A DNA stretch of 62,820 nt from an uncultured Clostridia bacterium (GTDB lineage: Bacteria; Bacillota; Clostridia; Christensenellales; UBA1242). The notes under the pieces were generated by a model. It was not told the DNA's origin, did not search any database, and saw only the letters and a program-made list of their open reading frames with translations. Shown piece after piece: positions 53,701 to 61,992 of the stretch. The position numbers and the translations under genes were made by a program. The stretch lies in NCBI GenBank assembly GCA_944349765.1, contig CALVNN010000004.1, positions 1 through 62,820 of the forward strand, written 5' to 3'. Numbering within the stretch: the stretch's first letter is position 1; each line of letters begins with the position of its first letter.

Positions 53701-55716
53701 AGTTCAAGTGATAGCGATGTTGTGTCTGGTGCAAAAAACCTCTATAACATTACAGTTACTAATATTGCAACTCAAGAGGTGCAAACTGAAGAGTTTATAA
53801 TTTACAATATCTTCCCAGCAGTTAATGCTGTAGATAGCTTAGGGCTTTCTATGAATTCTGTCATAAGCACCTCAAGAGACCATGTAAGTACATTTACTTC
53901 AAAGGATATAACACTTGAATGGACTATTCCAGATAATACGTTTGGGTATAGGGTTACGTTATTTAGATATAACGATAATTCTGAAATCCCATCAAGTACT
54001 ATTGAGGTCTCTGGCAATACCGTTACAGCTAGAGAAGAAGGCGTGTATGAATTAAGATTTACGACGCTACAATTAAACAATACACGTAGTATTTACTTTA
54101 TGATACAGGATAGTACAATTTCTATGTATCAGGTATATGAATCACTTCCAAATGGACAACAAAACATTGTGTTGCCAGCAGAAGAGTTACTCGATATATC
54201 TGATTATGAAGAGGAAATCAAACGATTTGTAGGTGATGATAGGACATCTCTATATCCTTATACTGATGGTAGACTTATGGTTAAGAATTATTTCTCTTGC
54301 TATAACTTTGTTGTAGAAGTTGAGGGAGATAAAAACTTAAGGACTAATTTTAACAACCTAGAATACGAGATAATTTACAGATACGATGATGCTGAGATTG
54401 CTAATGATTTCGAGACGCAAATTATTGTAGTTTATGGTGTAAGTCCATATAGTTATATTGACGTATTTGCTATAACAAAAGTTCCGTCAAATTCTAAATT
54501 TTTAAGTGATTTGGGTTATAATTATGTAACAACCGAAGGTGACAGAGATGCATTATTTGATGCTTCACAATTTGACTATTTGGCTATTTACGATGCACCT
54601 ATAGATTTACATTGGAAGAGCTATTATGGCGTGACTCAAAATAAAGTTTACCTAAAATATTATTACAATAATACTTATATAGGTACTACATATGGAGAAC
54701 AAAATGGAGATTTGAGTACATTTACGTTGGATTTACCAGGTGAATATAGGTTTGAATTCTATGATCTTGCTGGTAATAAACAAACCTTTGGTACTGCAAA
54801 TACTGGTTATTTGACTATTTTATTAAAGAGTGAGGTTTTATATTATATCAATGACCAAACTCCGATTTATGGAGCAGTATACAATGACGATGTAGTACTA
54901 TCCATTCCAGATAGAAATACTTATGCTACAGGAACTTTAGTTGTAGAGGTGTTGAGGAATGGCGTAGCGTATGAAGTGCCACTTTTGAATGGTGTGTATA
55001 CCTTCACAGAACAAGGGGTATATGTTGTGCGAATTCAAGCATCAGTTGTTGAAGGAGTGAATACTACTAAACAACTCAAAGAGGTGGAAACAACCTTTAC
55101 CATAATAAAGGCTGATGAAGCTAGATTTGCTTATGAATTTTCTAATATTAATGGATACGTAATTACTAAGGTAATTAAAAACAACGTTGATATTACAGAG
55201 AGCGTAAGAGGTGATAATAGTGCTATATATTCTCTGCTTATTTCTGAAGATTCTTTTGGCTCTGGTAGATATAGAATTTATGTGCAAGGTAACCCTTCTA
55301 ATCCGTTATTAAGTGTTCAAAATTTTGATTTTTATGTTTGGGTAAATAGTGAAATACCAGTTATTGCTTCAAGCATTGATCATGGTGCGACATCAGTTGA
55401 TCCAATTATAATTTCGTTCAATCCTAGTGCGATATTTGAGCAGATAGGTAATGCTAAGATATTGCTAGATGGACAAGAATTATATGTTATTGATTCTTCA
55501 GCAATCTCTGAGACAAGAACTTTACAAATAACTAATGCTGGTGATCATTACATTACTTTACAGACTGATGCCGGTAATACGGTGTTAAGCTTTAAAGTGA
55601 TAAAGAAAGATCCTTTGAATACTGTATCAATTATTATAATAGTTGTAGCAGTTGTAGTAGTAATTGTTGCTTCGATTATCTTCTTCAGGATGAGAGTGAA
55701 GATGAAGATTAAATAA
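47725..55716 (+). CDS. Giant (2663 aa) cell-surface protein with N-terminal signal/anchor and C-terminal transmembrane anchor
   Basis: GGAGG RBS, ATG at 47725. N-terminus KGIYKWILSLCIVTILVCGIFIA. C-terminus VSIIIIVVAVVVVIVASIIFF plus RMRVKMKIK. Tyr/Asn/Thr/Ser-rich, beta-like composition throughout. An internal ~125-aa duplication (near 51671 and 52048). No LPXTG and no recognised catalytic motif. Confidence 0.85.
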   Translation: MKGIYKWILSLCIVTILVCGIFIATDRFSNNLSSIRALMMENSVPYENNLNGINVSARKVKNNAIDTTVETIQNGGYVLLNTKQTDYSRPKDIAIFSIESGDINKRITSIVANVYLNGRALSLGDAISEDVDDADNITQTLSFNITGDANSIKYYNSEEYVTNFEGLYEFYFYLGISTSGQYAQYPATGWYSYSFYVFEENNFNKTEQLPTISNVTTGVDVDGYTASRFYNFQYEDDKLNFPMVSFDPERYQMTIERRYNNVATTYKTVFTYTNEFWQTQSLQTNYGILSFINQANGEFISFKLTRDTGINSTNLFHFDESIYYDDNGALADVNSLTTNYTEPLLFKLGTYTITFKYQAFIVIDGESSGYFAVQESNGNMTYAYEQLNIFGQMAYYADNNGDRSFNDFVNNKTSMQNNYEKNFVTDFEAVNVGEQNVITYLQSQYTDFVSTNQAPVWLEYVGQVDDASKYYFSLNGRTWEENSYSKNTYFSTAGYYIAVIQYKNEFVTGETNYIQVFTFALTNKTPTVDILSMDDEGAYSVSLKSEGFSRTSVKVRVAQPGIFDSVVTASYYRSADFSENTKNYTYFTPEFIDHGVTTNPDEYFEFTEAGKYYVKVNYTNDSYSLYVFTIDKSELSDFVVIRGVSPFNTSSSGLDIQYRMNSNYYTDLLSVNQPFTVYVDEKPSHATITGTFYTYDIVYQENVSQTEIYHNNDGTISFNFVDYVATNASAKQAYSNVRLSSEISELVSGAYVFNTQKLYVFEFTDSAGYTYMHPILLDYSNINIIQTDADDIKQDVDEFNIVSSETHMYWGTHKSIRFPNEYITPTSGMTSVQQAQIARNQETRNQLNTAFPDTFTTISGNYQMLIAIDSVKVESRSLSDVPTTDNYDDITTQLFIYPDTEEYVGEENRFKGEKYYYITLTDASGNITEYQIEMNMDRSRGMMFTTEDIANYQNSDYRLALEKAGSLGQLIFQWQDSEESLYVIDSVSYEFYPLIYDTSLSTYPYDDVPLVSRVIYQKDSTENECTQLEDNIYYSDILNMVPVNVDEWVLNEKTGEYEVQTVTKLISRPGKYVITRTYAGGDEDVYEQTGDSKVKTYTFYSDNNPIIGTPDYTSEDAEKDFGEDIKLYLGAEEVVFDEFYREPILSQYYATYDENGQYQIEYIDVSLITNLLPIKIKVPESKYSFVQGNSAYASTVPDTFDLTVKIRYYNDTEFVEEYVYNTVDSNGWLIIDNLFKEGIYVLTIEDNAVPPNNTISPILGLGDTGKYFAFKIQHTAPIGSIYTSKNYNDAQDTAHMVRSVDDEGNYVYSWVTSDNSVDYDSILIERRQKTASGSYSEFTSDLIEGSDYTIRNTPVGVGGNQSQYSIYLPAYGVVDNSILTYQYQITYSLLGDENETKYSFLTPTMDDLDSYTEMAQSVSSTSRNVIMFAFSDPNDEYYAKIDDSDVIIRRAVKTENGTYSAFVELINGVDYVVEKRWSSQDTLYYTIALEADNEGGVGNEYIYQIYYHYVGDRSYYVVEQGESIKDFYGNTLSLVIDRTPPSYNLRNIATRTVNVTALENNAITEYYKTTYYQAEDGVYYYANTGLFDFAIDTTFEFTRPSVSSTLLSQDHEARSIYFRKYSKYDPDAYKNIAGSLDLSQRAFQSLVPGDPEYYSGTTSRLRFNPEDRVGELPFYENWQEFGYNIGSFYNYLVNDLGITDVNGYYEIVEIDEAGNYTIYTVILNTQNPTITAQISNTTGEQEVVTFGIDNNEVNSIDTLNILSINSVDKWYTITFNSNVYNITPETDVDSIIRTINEFFTSNTFYTLTISNRFGEDVLINIRIGNADVKINIASITQVGSENRYRVLLENDTDIIKLKSLTVYIYENGRFNKLVNEIEEPVDSFGNPLIVEGLSDRVFEFERGIYRFEFEDNFRNGLNAYSVDVNIGLSGNFELTFVNDFVRNGDMRYTSGDVNVSAPTDLFNVEITKDGTRVDLTNYIIDNMLNITLTPAISSSDSDVVSGAKNLYNITVTNIATQEVQTEEFIIYNIFPAVNAVDSLGLSMNSVISTSRDHVSTFTSKDITLEWTIPDNTFGYRVTLFRYNDNSEIPSSTIEVSGNTVTAREEGVYELRFTTLQLNNTRSIYFMIQDSTISMYQVYESLPNGQQNIVLPAEELLDISDYEEEIKRFVGDDRTSLYPYTDGRLMVKNYFSCYNFVVEVEGDKNLRTNFNNLEYEIIYRYDDAEIANDFETQIIVVYGVSPYSYIDVFAITKVPSNSKFLSDLGYNYVTTEGDRDALFDASQFDYLAIYDAPIDLHWKSYYGVTQNKVYLKYYYNNTYIGTTYGEQNGDLSTFTLDLPGEYRFEFYDLAGNKQTFGTANTGYLTILLKSEVLYYINDQTPIYGAVYNDDVVLSIPDRNTYATGTLVVEVLRNGVAYEVPLLNGVYTFTEQGVYVVRIQASVVEGVNTTKQLKEVETTFTIIKADEARFAYEFSNINGYVITKVIKNNVDITESVRGDNSAIYSLLISEDSFGSGRYRIYVQGNPSNPLLSVQNFDFYVWVNSEIPVIASSIDHGATSVDPIIISFNPSAIFEQIGNAKILLDGQELYVIDSSAISETRTLQITNAGDHYITLQTDAGNTVLSFKVIKKDPLNTVSIIIIVVAVVVVIVASIIFFRMRVKMKIK

Positions 55717-55752
55717 CAAAAAATAAAAGCCTAATTTAAGGCTTTTATTTTT
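55716..55752. terminator. Bidirectional terminator between giant gene and tilS
   Basis: Stem ATAAAAGCC(55721-29)/GGCTTTTAT(55738-46) flanked by A- and T-runs. Confidence 0.75.
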
Positions 55753-55757
55753 TTACT

Positions 55758-57089
55758 TTATATTTTATAAATATCTATTGCGTAGGCGGTTTTGGTAGTT
55801 TCATCTATCTTAACTTTGTTGCTAATTTCTAACCCAGCTATAAGCAATATCTCATTTTCAAAAGCTAAAACTGGTATATGGTCTCGTAGTCTAGCTGGTA
55901 TTTTTTGATCTATTAGATAACTTTTAAGTTTCTTTTTCCCTCCGCCAAATTTTTCAAATACATCTCCGTCTTTTCTATATCTCCATACCGAACCTTTTGG
56001 AACTTTTTTAGCGTCAATCAAATGTTTGTATTGCTCAATATTTAGATTAGTAGTCTTTTTTACAGAAACAATTCCAAAATTGTCAAATTTGAATTTACCT
56101 GCTTTAAATGGCTTTTCACTAGTGCTTGCGTTTATTGCCCTAATAGATAATGTGATGTATTCATATTCCTTAGTTGCTACTACTTGATTTGGAAGATCTA
56201 TTTTGCTACCATTCATTCCCATAACAGCTAGGTCTTTTATAAGCTCTATATGTTTTCTCTCAAAATCAGAATTAATACCTATTCGCTCCAAACATTTAAA
56301 GATAATTCTATTTATAATAGAGTTATCGTAAACAAAATAGTTTAAAGGTATTTTTATTGAGCCACCCTCTTGAATAACCAAATCCATATTAATTTGTGAG
56401 TGTATAAAATCACTATCTTCTTTGCAATTTTTACCAAATGCACATATGGTACGTTCTGCATTTGGAAATTTTTGTTTGATAAGTGGCATAATTTCATTAC
56501 GTAAAAAATTTCGGTTATAAGAATTATCTATATTAGTCTCATCCGTGACGTATTCAATAAAATGTTCATTTATATAGGACATTATTTCAAATTTATCAGT
56601 ATTAAGCATAGGTCTAATATAGTTACCTCGAGCATAACTCATTCCAGTAGCACCACTTAGACCACTACCTCTAAATATGTGTAGTAAGATTGTTTCAGCT
56701 TGATCTGACATATGATGAGCTAGTGCTATTTTATCCACTATTCCTTTATTGATGATAGCATCAAAATAATTATATCTACATTCTCTAGCGGCTAATTCCA
56801 AATTAATACTTTTTTCTTTTGCATATTTGGGAACATCGACTCTAGTTTTCATTAGTCTAATGCCTTTTTCTTTACAAAAGTTAGCTACAAAGGCCGCATC
56901 TTGTTGGCTTGTCGGCCTAATTGAATGGTCTAAATGAATAGCAACTATATCTATTTCTAATTTTTGTTTGTTCTCATTTAAAAAATCTAACAAACACATC
57001 GAGTCACTTCCGCCACTTACTGCGACACCAATTATTTCACCTGGATTAATTAATTTGTTCTTTTCAATAGTTTCTAATATGCTGTACAT
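55758..57089 (-). CDS. tilS: tRNA(Ile)-lysidine synthase
   Basis: Start set at MYSILETIE (AAGGA RBS; the track ORF adds 28 aa). PP-loop GVAVSGGSDSMCL and LAHHMSDQAET.LL..FRGSG motifs. Confidence 0.9.
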   Translation of the reverse strand: MYSILETIEKNKLINPGEIIGVAVSGGSDSMCLLDFLNENKQKLEIDIVAIHLDHSIRPTSQQDAAFVANFCKEKGIRLMKTRVDVPKYAKEKSINLELAARECRYNYFDAIINKGIVDKIALAHHMSDQAETILLHIFRGSGLSGATGMSYARGNYIRPMLNTDKFEIMSYINEHFIEYVTDETNIDNSYNRNFLRNEIMPLIKQKFPNAERTICAFGKNCKEDSDFIHSQINMDLVIQEGGSIKIPLNYFVYDNSIINRIIFKCLERIGINSDFERKHIELIKDLAVMGMNGSKIDLPNQVVATKEYEYITLSIRAINASTSEKPFKAGKFKFDNFGIVSVKKTTNLNIEQYKHLIDAKKVPKGSVWRYRKDGDVFEKFGGGKKKLKSYLIDQKIPARLRDHIPVLAFENEILLIAGLEISNKVKIDETTKTAYAIDIYKI

Positions 57090-57120
57090 AATACTTATCC
57101 TTATATGATTTTTTGTATAT

Positions 57121-57149
57121 ATTATATCAAACAGATAATATAAATTCAA
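57121..57149 (-). promoter_or_regulatory. Sigma-A promoter of tilS (extended -10)
   Basis: The minus strand reads TTGAAT(57149-44), 17-nt spacer, TGaTATAAT (TATAAT = 57126-21). Confidence 0.55.
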
Positions 57150-57189
57150 GTATGTATTGAGTAAAAGTATCATAAACTATTAAAAAAAC

Positions 57190-57224
57190 AACAAAAAAAC
57201 GCAAAAAAATGCATTTTTTTGTGA
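57190..57224 (-). terminator. Intrinsic terminator after glmS
   Basis: 10-bp A/T-rich stem (57200-09 / 57214-23, centre TGCA). On the minus strand it is followed by TTTTTTTGTTGTTTTTTT. Confidence 0.5.
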
Positions 57225-57227
57225 TTT

Positions 57228-58991
57228 TTACTCTACAGTCACTGATTTCGCTAAATTTTTGGGCTTATCAGGATTGATGCCTTTTTGTGTGGATACATAA
57301 TATGCTAGTAGTTGCAAGGGTATACAACTTATTATTTGACTGTCTATAGTATCAAACTTTGGTAAAGTATATTGATAATCAATTAGGCTATCTTTTATAG
57401 GTAAATTTGTAAATACTAGTGTCTTAGCTTTTCTTGCTTTGACTTCATTTAGTGCTGATTCCATTTTTGCTTTTACTTTTTCATCCGTTATAATTGCAAT
57501 AACTAATGTTTTATTGTCTACCAACGCCAAAGTACCGTGTTTAAGTTCTCCAGCTGGAAAAGCACTACAATTGATATAACTAATTTCTTTTAGCTTTAAG
57601 CTACCTTCCATAGCGGTAACGTAATCAAAACTACGTCCTATAAAAAATATTTTATTATATTTTGATGTATAAGTGGCTAAGTTTACAATTTCGTTATTTT
57701 TTAAAATTAAATTTATACCTTCAAGAATATCATTTAGATTTGGCTCTTTAGTCTCTTTATTTTGTGTTTTTGCTATTTGATTAGCAAGTTTTAAAATAGC
57801 TAATATTTGAGCATTATAAGCTTTAGTTGATGCTACGGATACTTCTTTTCCCGCTATTACAGGAAACACAAAATCTGCTTCTTGAGCTAAAGTACTATGC
57901 ATTACATTTGTTATGGCTATTACTTTAGCCTTTTTTTGTATAGAACGCATAGCGTTTAAGGTGTCAGAAGTCTCGCCACTTTGGCTTATAAATACATATA
58001 AGGCATCATTTTTAGTCAGCATTTGACTATCATTATATTCGCTGGCAATATGTGCATATGCTGGTATTTTGCATATGTATTCTATAAATTTTGCCCCCAT
58101 AACGCCAGAATGATAAGCTGTTCCACAACCAAAGAAATGAACTTCCGTACTATTTTTTAAGATATTTTTAGGAATTATATTGTTATTATTGTGATAATCA
58201 TTAGTATTTGTTATTGCTAGCGGTATATCGTTTATTTCTTTTAACATAAAATGTTCGTAACCATTTAAATCAGTTGAGATTTGATTTAGTATTAATTTTT
58301 TAGATTTTTTACATATTTTTTCACCATTTTTATCATAAAAAGTCACTGAAGACTCATTGAGTATAGCTATATCACCATTATCTAGAGCGTAATAATCATC
58401 TGCCTTATTTTCGAAAATACTCAAATCACTGCTTACAATCATTCCGTCTACAGTTTTAGCTATGTATAGTGGGCTTTGATTTCGTGCTACATAGATATTA
58501 TTTGGGGTATCAGCATATAGCATGGCTAGAGCATAACTACCTTTGAGCATTTCGCTCGCTTTTATTATAGCCTTTAGTGGGTTGTTTTCGCTAGCTGATA
58601 TATAATCCAGTAAAGCTACTATTACCTCAGAATCGGTTTCTGATCTAAATAAATGTTTATGTAAGCTTTTTTTTAATAAATTTGCGTTTTCAATGATTCC
58701 ATTATGTACTAACGACCATTTACCTGCATTATGAGGGTGTGCATTTTTCTTACTAGGTGAGCCGTGTGTTGCCCAGCGCGTATGTGCAATTGCACAATTG
58801 CTGAATTGAACATTTTTAATAGCTTTTTCTAGATTGTCTACTATACCTAATTCTTTATATGTCATAATCTTATTGTTTTTTATAAAAGATGTTCCGCTAG
58901 AGTCGTAACCACGATAGTCTAATGTGTGTAATCCCTTTAGGATGATGTCTTTTGTATTACCTTTACCTATACAACCAATTATTCCGCACAT
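57228..58991 (-). CDS. glmS: Glutamine--fructose-6-phosphate aminotransferase (isomerizing)
   Basis: MCGIIGCIG Ntn-amidotransferase N-terminus, two SIS domains, canonical C-terminal ...NLAKSVTVE. Confidence 0.98.
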   Translation of the reverse strand: MCGIIGCIGKGNTKDIILKGLHTLDYRGYDSSGTSFIKNNKIMTYKELGIVDNLEKAIKNVQFSNCAIAHTRWATHGSPSKKNAHPHNAGKWSLVHNGIIENANLLKKSLHKHLFRSETDSEVIVALLDYISASENNPLKAIIKASEMLKGSYALAMLYADTPNNIYVARNQSPLYIAKTVDGMIVSSDLSIFENKADDYYALDNGDIAILNESSVTFYDKNGEKICKKSKKLILNQISTDLNGYEHFMLKEINDIPLAITNTNDYHNNNNIIPKNILKNSTEVHFFGCGTAYHSGVMGAKFIEYICKIPAYAHIASEYNDSQMLTKNDALYVFISQSGETSDTLNAMRSIQKKAKVIAITNVMHSTLAQEADFVFPVIAGKEVSVASTKAYNAQILAILKLANQIAKTQNKETKEPNLNDILEGINLILKNNEIVNLATYTSKYNKIFFIGRSFDYVTAMEGSLKLKEISYINCSAFPAGELKHGTLALVDNKTLVIAIITDEKVKAKMESALNEVKARKAKTLVFTNLPIKDSLIDYQYTLPKFDTIDSQIISCIPLQLLAYYVSTQKGINPDKPKNLAKSVTVE

Positions 58992-59114
58992 ATGTATTCC
59001 TTTTATTTGGATTAATGGGAAAGCTTATTTTAATTTTTATAAAAAAGTAAAATTAAAACTTTGTACCATTTATACTTATATATGTAAAAAAATACAATAA
59101 GTGTTTATTATTGA

Positions 59115-59143
59115 TTGATTTTTTGTCTATATAATTGTATAAT
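59115..59143 (+). promoter_or_regulatory. Sigma-A promoter
   Basis: TTGATT(59115-20), 17-nt spacer, TATAAT(59138-43). Confidence 0.5.
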
Positions 59144-59173
59144 AATTTAATTAAACAAGAAAATGGAGAAACA

Positions 59174-60277
59174 ATGAAGAATTTTAATTTTTTTGGCAAT
59201 AATTCAACGAATCAAGAAAAAAAGACGAAATATGATAAAAATGATAGTGCAAATGCATTTTTAGGTGGCTTACTGGCACCGATAATTATTTCTTTTATTT
59301 TTGTGTTTATATTTGTTGTTATTGCACTTATGGCACAATCAGAGTATGAAACCATTCTTAATCACCCAGTCATTCAAGTTATAACCTTATTATTATCTCA
59401 AATTGCTTTTGGCGTGTTCTTATGGTGGTACAATAAGAAAAAGAATGTAGACTTTCCAAAAGCGATTAAATTTAAAAAAGTTAACATTATACTTGTCATA
59501 CTTAGTGTGGTAGTCGCAGTAGCATTTTTGTTCTTAAGTAACAATTTTGTAAATTTGTTAGATTACCTATTAAGATTAACAGGATATGACAAATCATCAA
59601 CTCTGCCGTTAGAGCTGAATAATGTTGGTCAACTACTACTAGGTATAACTATCTTGGCAGTAGTTCCTGCTTTTTTAGAGGAAATGTTATTTAGAGGTAT
59701 GGTAGTAAGTGGATTAGTTGATAAAAAGTCTACATTAAAGAAGAAGATTCTAGCTGTATTTATATCTGCACTAATTTTTGCTTGTATTCATCAATCAGCA
59801 CAACAATTTTTATTCCCTTTGATAAGTGGTATGGTGTTTGGGTTGGTGTATTTATTTTCAGGCAATATATGGTATTCAATTATTATGCATTTTTCGAGCA
59901 ATGCAACAGTTGTAATTATGAGTTATATAAGTAGTGGTAGCGACGTTGTTAGTCAGCCGATAGTATATGATTTTGGAACAGTAGCTTTGTCTATAGGTCT
60001 ATTTATAGCCGCCATTGCAATAGTTATTGGATTTATATTCTTAATTAAGAAATTGACTAAAGAAAATGAATTCTTTGATACTTATGAAAATGAAGAAGTA
60101 GAAATTATTGTGGATGAAAAAATAGAAAGTAAGAATGATAACATTGATAATCAAAATGAAGGTACTAAAGTGCCTAAATCAAGTATTATGGATACTTTGG
60201 CAAGAAATAAGTTCTTAATTGCTTTTGCCTTAAGTATATTTATGATAGTCTATGATTTAATAAGTTATATATCATAA
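59174..60277 (+). CDS. CPBP family intramembrane glutamic endopeptidase (CAAX protease/Abi family)
   Basis: Start at MKNFNFF after GGAGAA. Motifs FLEEMLFRG, FACIHQ and HFSSNA within a polytopic membrane protein. Extra C-terminal TM segments. Confidence 0.8.
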   Translation: MKNFNFFGNNSTNQEKKTKYDKNDSANAFLGGLLAPIIISFIFVFIFVVIALMAQSEYETILNHPVIQVITLLLSQIAFGVFLWWYNKKKNVDFPKAIKFKKVNIILVILSVVVAVAFLFLSNNFVNLLDYLLRLTGYDKSSTLPLELNNVGQLLLGITILAVVPAFLEEMLFRGMVVSGLVDKKSTLKKKILAVFISALIFACIHQSAQQFLFPLISGMVFGLVYLFSGNIWYSIIMHFSSNATVVIMSYISSGSDVVSQPIVYDFGTVALSIGLFIAAIAIVIGFIFLIKKLTKENEFFDTYENEEVEIIVDEKIESKNDNIDNQNEGTKVPKSSIMDTLARNKFLIAFALSIFMIVYDLISYIS

Positions 60278-60300
60278 CTATAAAATTAAAGGAGGCTTGT

Positions 60301-61473
60301 GTGGAGAGCTTAGATGAAACAAGTGCAAAAAAGCCTAGAAATGTTGTATTTTGGGTAAATGTAACGTATTTTATAATGCTGGCTCTTTTGATAGGGGTAC
60401 AGATATTATCAAAGACTGTCTTAGCAAATTATTTAGACGCTTTGCAACTTAATTTTGTTTTTGCTTTAATAGTCCAAATAGGAATAATGCTAATAATACC
60501 TATTACTGCATTTAGCTTGATTAAGCGTCAAAAGGCTTCAGCCACATTAAAGGATTTTAAGGTAAATAAAATTAGTTTTAAACACGTATGTATCAGCTTT
60601 TTGATAGGTATATGTGTGTTTGTTTTAAATATTTGTATTTCCAGTCTTTTTAATGCTATTATTATAGCGTTAGGATATGAATCAGTCCCAACTAGTGGTT
60701 CGGGCGTCGGTATTGAGGCTTCATTTACAAATTTTTTGTTAGTGGTATTTTACAGTGCCTTTTTGCCTGCTATTTGTGAAGAAATAACACACAGAGGGAT
60801 GTTGCTAAACGGCTTTAAAAAATATGGACTTACAAAAGCTTTGATTTTATCTTCTTTAATGTTTGGTCTTATGCATTTAAATATTAATCAATTCTTTTAT
60901 GCTAGTATAGTTGGTCTTATTATAGGATTTATTGCAATTTGTGCAAATAGCATTATACCTGCTATGATAGTGCATTTTACAAATAACTTTATAAATACTT
61001 ATTTGGATTTTGCAAGTGCTAATGGATGGTTCGGTGGAAATTTTTATACATGGTTAAATAATTTAAAATTCAGCGGTGACCCATTTATTGTTATGATTAT
61101 AAGCATAGTCTTAGTGTCCGGCATAGTGATGCTACTTATGTTTTTAATTAGAAAATTATTGCTTGAAAGAAGAGGTCAGGAGATTGATAATGCGATTAAA
61201 CAAGTCGTTGTCGAGACTACTGTACGGCAAAAATTAAGTGAAGGGGATTTAACGCCAGTTGATGAGACTATTGTGCAGTATAATGTTCAAGAAGCAAAGG
61301 GGCGGATATTGGATCTTATATCCAACAAAGAGGCTGGGATTTCTCTTGAAATATTTAATGATGAAAAATCCGATCAGAAACATCCGCCACTTAAAGACAA
61401 TATATTCTTTTATGCGTCAATAGTAATGGCTACAGTGATGACTATCTTTACCTTTATTTGGGGAATATTATGA
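60301..61473 (+). CDS. CPBP family intramembrane glutamic endopeptidase, second paralogue
   Basis: GTG start after AAGGAGG. Motifs CEEITHRGML, FGLMHL and HFTNNF. About 120-aa C-terminal extension ending in an extra TM helix. Confidence 0.8.
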   Translation: MESLDETSAKKPRNVVFWVNVTYFIMLALLIGVQILSKTVLANYLDALQLNFVFALIVQIGIMLIIPITAFSLIKRQKASATLKDFKVNKISFKHVCISFLIGICVFVLNICISSLFNAIIIALGYESVPTSGSGVGIEASFTNFLLVVFYSAFLPAICEEITHRGMLLNGFKKYGLTKALILSSLMFGLMHLNINQFFYASIVGLIIGFIAICANSIIPAMIVHFTNNFINTYLDFASANGWFGGNFYTWLNNLKFSGDPFIVMIISIVLVSGIVMLLMFLIRKLLLERRGQEIDNAIKQVVVETTVRQKLSEGDLTPVDETIVQYNVQEAKGRILDLISNKEAGISLEIFNDEKSDQKHPPLKDNIFFYASIVMATVMTIFTFIWGIL

Positions 61474-61940
61474 TCAAAATACGTTTAGTGTGTGTTGGGA
61501 ATATTAAAGAAAAATATTTAAATGACGCTATAGATGAATATTTTAAACGTATTAGTAGATATTTTAACGTTGAAATTATAGAAGTCGCTGAGTCGAAAAA
61601 AGTCAAAGCAACTGATGCTGACATTCCGTTAATTTTAAAAGATGAAGCAAAAAACATCTTACCAAAGCTGAATGGGTATGTTTGTGCACTATGTATAAAC
61701 GGTAAAGAACTAGATAGTAAACAATTTGCAGAATTCATAAATACTCAAAGTCAAAGCAATTCTACCATTACGTTTGTTATAGGTGGTAGCTATGGCTTAG
61801 ATGATGCAGTTTTGAATGTTTGTAACTACAAATTAAGTTATTCAAAGATGACCTTTCCTCACAAATTAATGCGGGTAATATTTTTGGAATCTCTTTATAG
61901 AGCTGGTTCAATATTGAATAATACACCATATCATAAATAA
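61470..61940 (+). CDS. rlmH: 23S rRNA (pseudouridine1915-N3)-methyltransferase
   Basis: MIKIRLVCVGNIKEKYL..AI.EY.KRI, GGSYGL, and C-terminal SKMTFPH.L.R....E.LYRA..I..N.PYHK. ATGA overlap with the upstream gene. Confidence 0.95.
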   Translation: MIKIRLVCVGNIKEKYLNDAIDEYFKRISRYFNVEIIEVAESKKVKATDADIPLILKDEAKNILPKLNGYVCALCINGKELDSKQFAEFINTQSQSNSTITFVIGGSYGLDDAVLNVCNYKLSYSKMTFPHKLMRVIFLESLYRAGSILNNTPYHK

Positions 61941-61992
61941 ATTGTGACAAGTGGTAATGAAAAAACATAAAAACTTATTATAGGAGGTTTTT

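Noticed and set aside
58992-59134. Looked for a glmS ribozyme upstream of glmS (minus strand)
   Set aside because: The ~140-nt leader is almost pure A/T. It lacks the conserved GC-rich core and pseudoknot segments of the ribozyme. Only a plausible promoter (TTGTAT-17-TATAAA) and an SD are present. Its absence is mildly notable but there is nothing positive to report.
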